Assembly: GCF_018350175.1 (NCBI RefSeq)
Contig: NC_058379.1
Coordinates: 65,658,001 to 65,722,000 of the forward strand
Direction of reading: 5' to 3'
DNA length: 64,000 bases
Source: Felis catus
Taxonomy: Eukaryota
The notes beneath the pieces were generated by a model. That model saw only the letters and a list, made by a program, of their open reading frames with translations, was not told the origin of the DNA and ran no database searches. Shown here piece by piece: positions 61,992 through 64,000 of this stretch (the first letter of the stretch is position 1; every line of letters starts with the position of its first letter). Made by a program: the position numbers and the translations under genes.

Positions 61992-62365
61992 TGTATTAAT
62001 ATCCTAGGGCTGCCATAAAAAATATCACAGACTAGATGGTGTAAACAACAGACACTTTTTTTCTCACAGTTCTAATGTCTGGAAGTCCAAGTTCAGGGTG
62101 CTAGCTGCTTCGGTTTCTGTGAGGCCTCTCTCCTTGGCTTACAGACAGCCACCTTCTCACTATGTCTTCACGTGGCCTTTCCCTTATGTTGCACAGAAAG
62201 CTCTTGCTATGTTGTTTTTTCCTCTTCCTATCAGATTAGTTCCCCAACCTTATGACCTTATTTAACTTTAATTACCTCTTTAAAGGCCCTATCTCCAAAT
62301 ATAGTCATTAGGGTTTAGGGCTTCAACATAAAAATGGGGTGGGAGACAGAATTCAGTCTATAACT
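61992..62365 (-). mobile_element. ERVL-MaLR solo LTR, MLT1A-like
   Basis: agggctgccataa...tctcacagttct...ggaagtccaag...aaaggccctatctccaaata...gggcttcaacata...attcagtctataac. Confidence 0.88.
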
Positions 62366-62757
62366 GGATAATCATAATTAATTCTATCATAGAATTCTAA
62401 GGATAATAAATTAAGTTTATCACAGAATCTTTTTTTTTTTTTAACTTTTAAGCTAGTAATGGTAATAATTGCTTGGAAGTGACATTAGTGTTCCATAACT
62501 TTGGGCCATGGATATAGTGTTGTCTCTCAAACCCTTAAAATGGGTTATTCCTGAGCTCCCTGCATTGCTGCTCACTCCTTCTCATGTGAACTGACCAGAG
62601 AGTCTGTGCCAGGGGTGCACCCTGGGCACAGGAGCAGGCAGGAACTTACTGGACACTCCATAACCTAGTTCACGGCCTCAGCATTTTTCACCCTGCATGC
62701 TGGGTAAGGACTATGGTTTATCTGTCCTCCTTTGTATCCTCCTTTGAAACAGTCAGA

Positions 62758-62800
62758 GATGGATGGATGGATAGATGGATGGATGGATGGATGGATGGAT
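62758..62800. repeat. (GGAT)n microsatellite
   Basis: Read directly. Confidence 0.95.
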
Positions 62801-63523
62801 ATTTTATATGAATCAAATTTGATTGCCAAATTCCTCTGCTTACAATGCTTTAGTAGCTTCCCTACATCCAGAGGGTGAAGGCTAGCATGGATTTCCATGA
62901 TCCAGCTAAATCCACTCCTCCAAGCTCAGAACTTCTCACTTTGACACCAGCCCCTTTCCCCCCTCTCTGTACATGCTAAGTTTTTTGCAGTTTTCTGCCT
63001 ACCCGTAGCCCTACCATACATATGTGTCTTTGCTCATACTGTTCATGCTGCCTAGAAAGACCCTTCCTTTATCTGGTTGGCTGAGTTCAGGCATCAAGAC
63101 ACCCTCACTTCCTCCAAGTTTAGGAGGTTCTCACATTATCTGCACTCTTATTGCTTTCTATCCAAATCTGGAATTATATGTGTCCATTAACTTGTCTGTC
63201 TCCCTCCATTAGATATGACACTGTTATCTGTATATCTTACTATCTAGCACAATGCCTGATACACACATGATTAATTAGCCAAGTGTATTATGATATTATT
63301 AATTTTGCATTATGTAATAATAAGGCTAGATTCTAATCTATGAATCAGAAGCTGGTGCAGTACATAGATGTGTAAGAAAGTTTATGGTCTTGGGAGCTCA
63401 GAGAATTTGGCCAACTCCTGGGTTCCCTCCCTTTCCTCCTTCTTCCCATAAATGGGAGATGTCTCCCTTATAGTGCTTCATACTTACTGGAATGGGAAGC
63501 TTGGTGGACAGTGGGAATGATGC

Positions 63524-63661
63524 AGTAATTCCCAAATCTGTCTGAATCTCCTGGGAAACTTATGATTACATGTTACCAGACTATACCCCCTATTTCTAGT
63601 GAATGAATCTCCCCAGGAGAGACTCCAGGTGTCTCTGTGATCAGCCAGGTGGCAACCACTG
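63524..63661. mobile_element. hAT-Charlie MITE, MER5-like
   Basis: cagtaattcccaaa...gaatctcctgggaaactt...gatcagccaggtggcaaccactg. Confidence 0.55.
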
Positions 63662-64000
63662 GTACAGTGGAAAGAAGACCAAAGCTGAAGTTTCTATCTG
63701 TTCTGGCCACTGATGAACTGAGCCTCCTTGGTAAGGTCATTCATTTCTTTAGATTTTTACCTTGGTTTCTATGCATGTAGAAAGAGTACAAATGGATTAG
63801 GGTTTGTCAGTCTTATTTTCATAGCAGTGGAACAAAATCTTGCACAGAAACCCAATACATAAACCAAAAAAAAAAAAAAAAACCCAAAAACAAAAAACAA
63901 AACAAAACATGGCTGTAATGGCTGAGGCTGAAGAGGACTTCCCACTCAGCCTCATTCTCATTTCCACCAGCACTGTCCTGAGAAGCCTTCAAGACACTTC

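Noticed and set aside
1-64000. Naming a host gene or a novel multi-gene system
   Set aside because: No recognisable coding exon in the visible sequence; assignment requires alignment to a reference

Overview
Mammalian non-coding genomic DNA, almost certainly from a felid. It carries 14 tRNA-derived CanSINEs of the feline SINEC_Fc type and a carnivore L1 fragment. The rest is unique sequence mixed with old eutherian repeats (MIR, L2, L3/CR1, L1M, MaLR/ERV LTRs, hAT and Tigger MER elements). I found no recognisable host protein-coding exon, RNA gene or CRISPR-like array; the only ORFs with recognisable homology are dead L1 ORF2 and L3/CR1 remnants. Eleven N blocks (1,941 bp in total) hide sequence, and at least one is an exact-length mask. 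The most interesting items are: a 10-unit minisatellite with an 85-bp higher-order repeat that forms an array of GATA motifs (25981-26260); a young, CpG-rich 352-bp solo LTR with a perfect 4-bp TSD (56299-56650); a head-to-head SINE pair 33 bp apart (52495-52922); and a repeat-free, CpG-enriched block with GC-box/CCAAT/TATA-like spacing (47100-47710). I could not support a novel multi-gene system. Repeat family names are recalled consensus matches and were not checked with RepeatMasker or Dfam.
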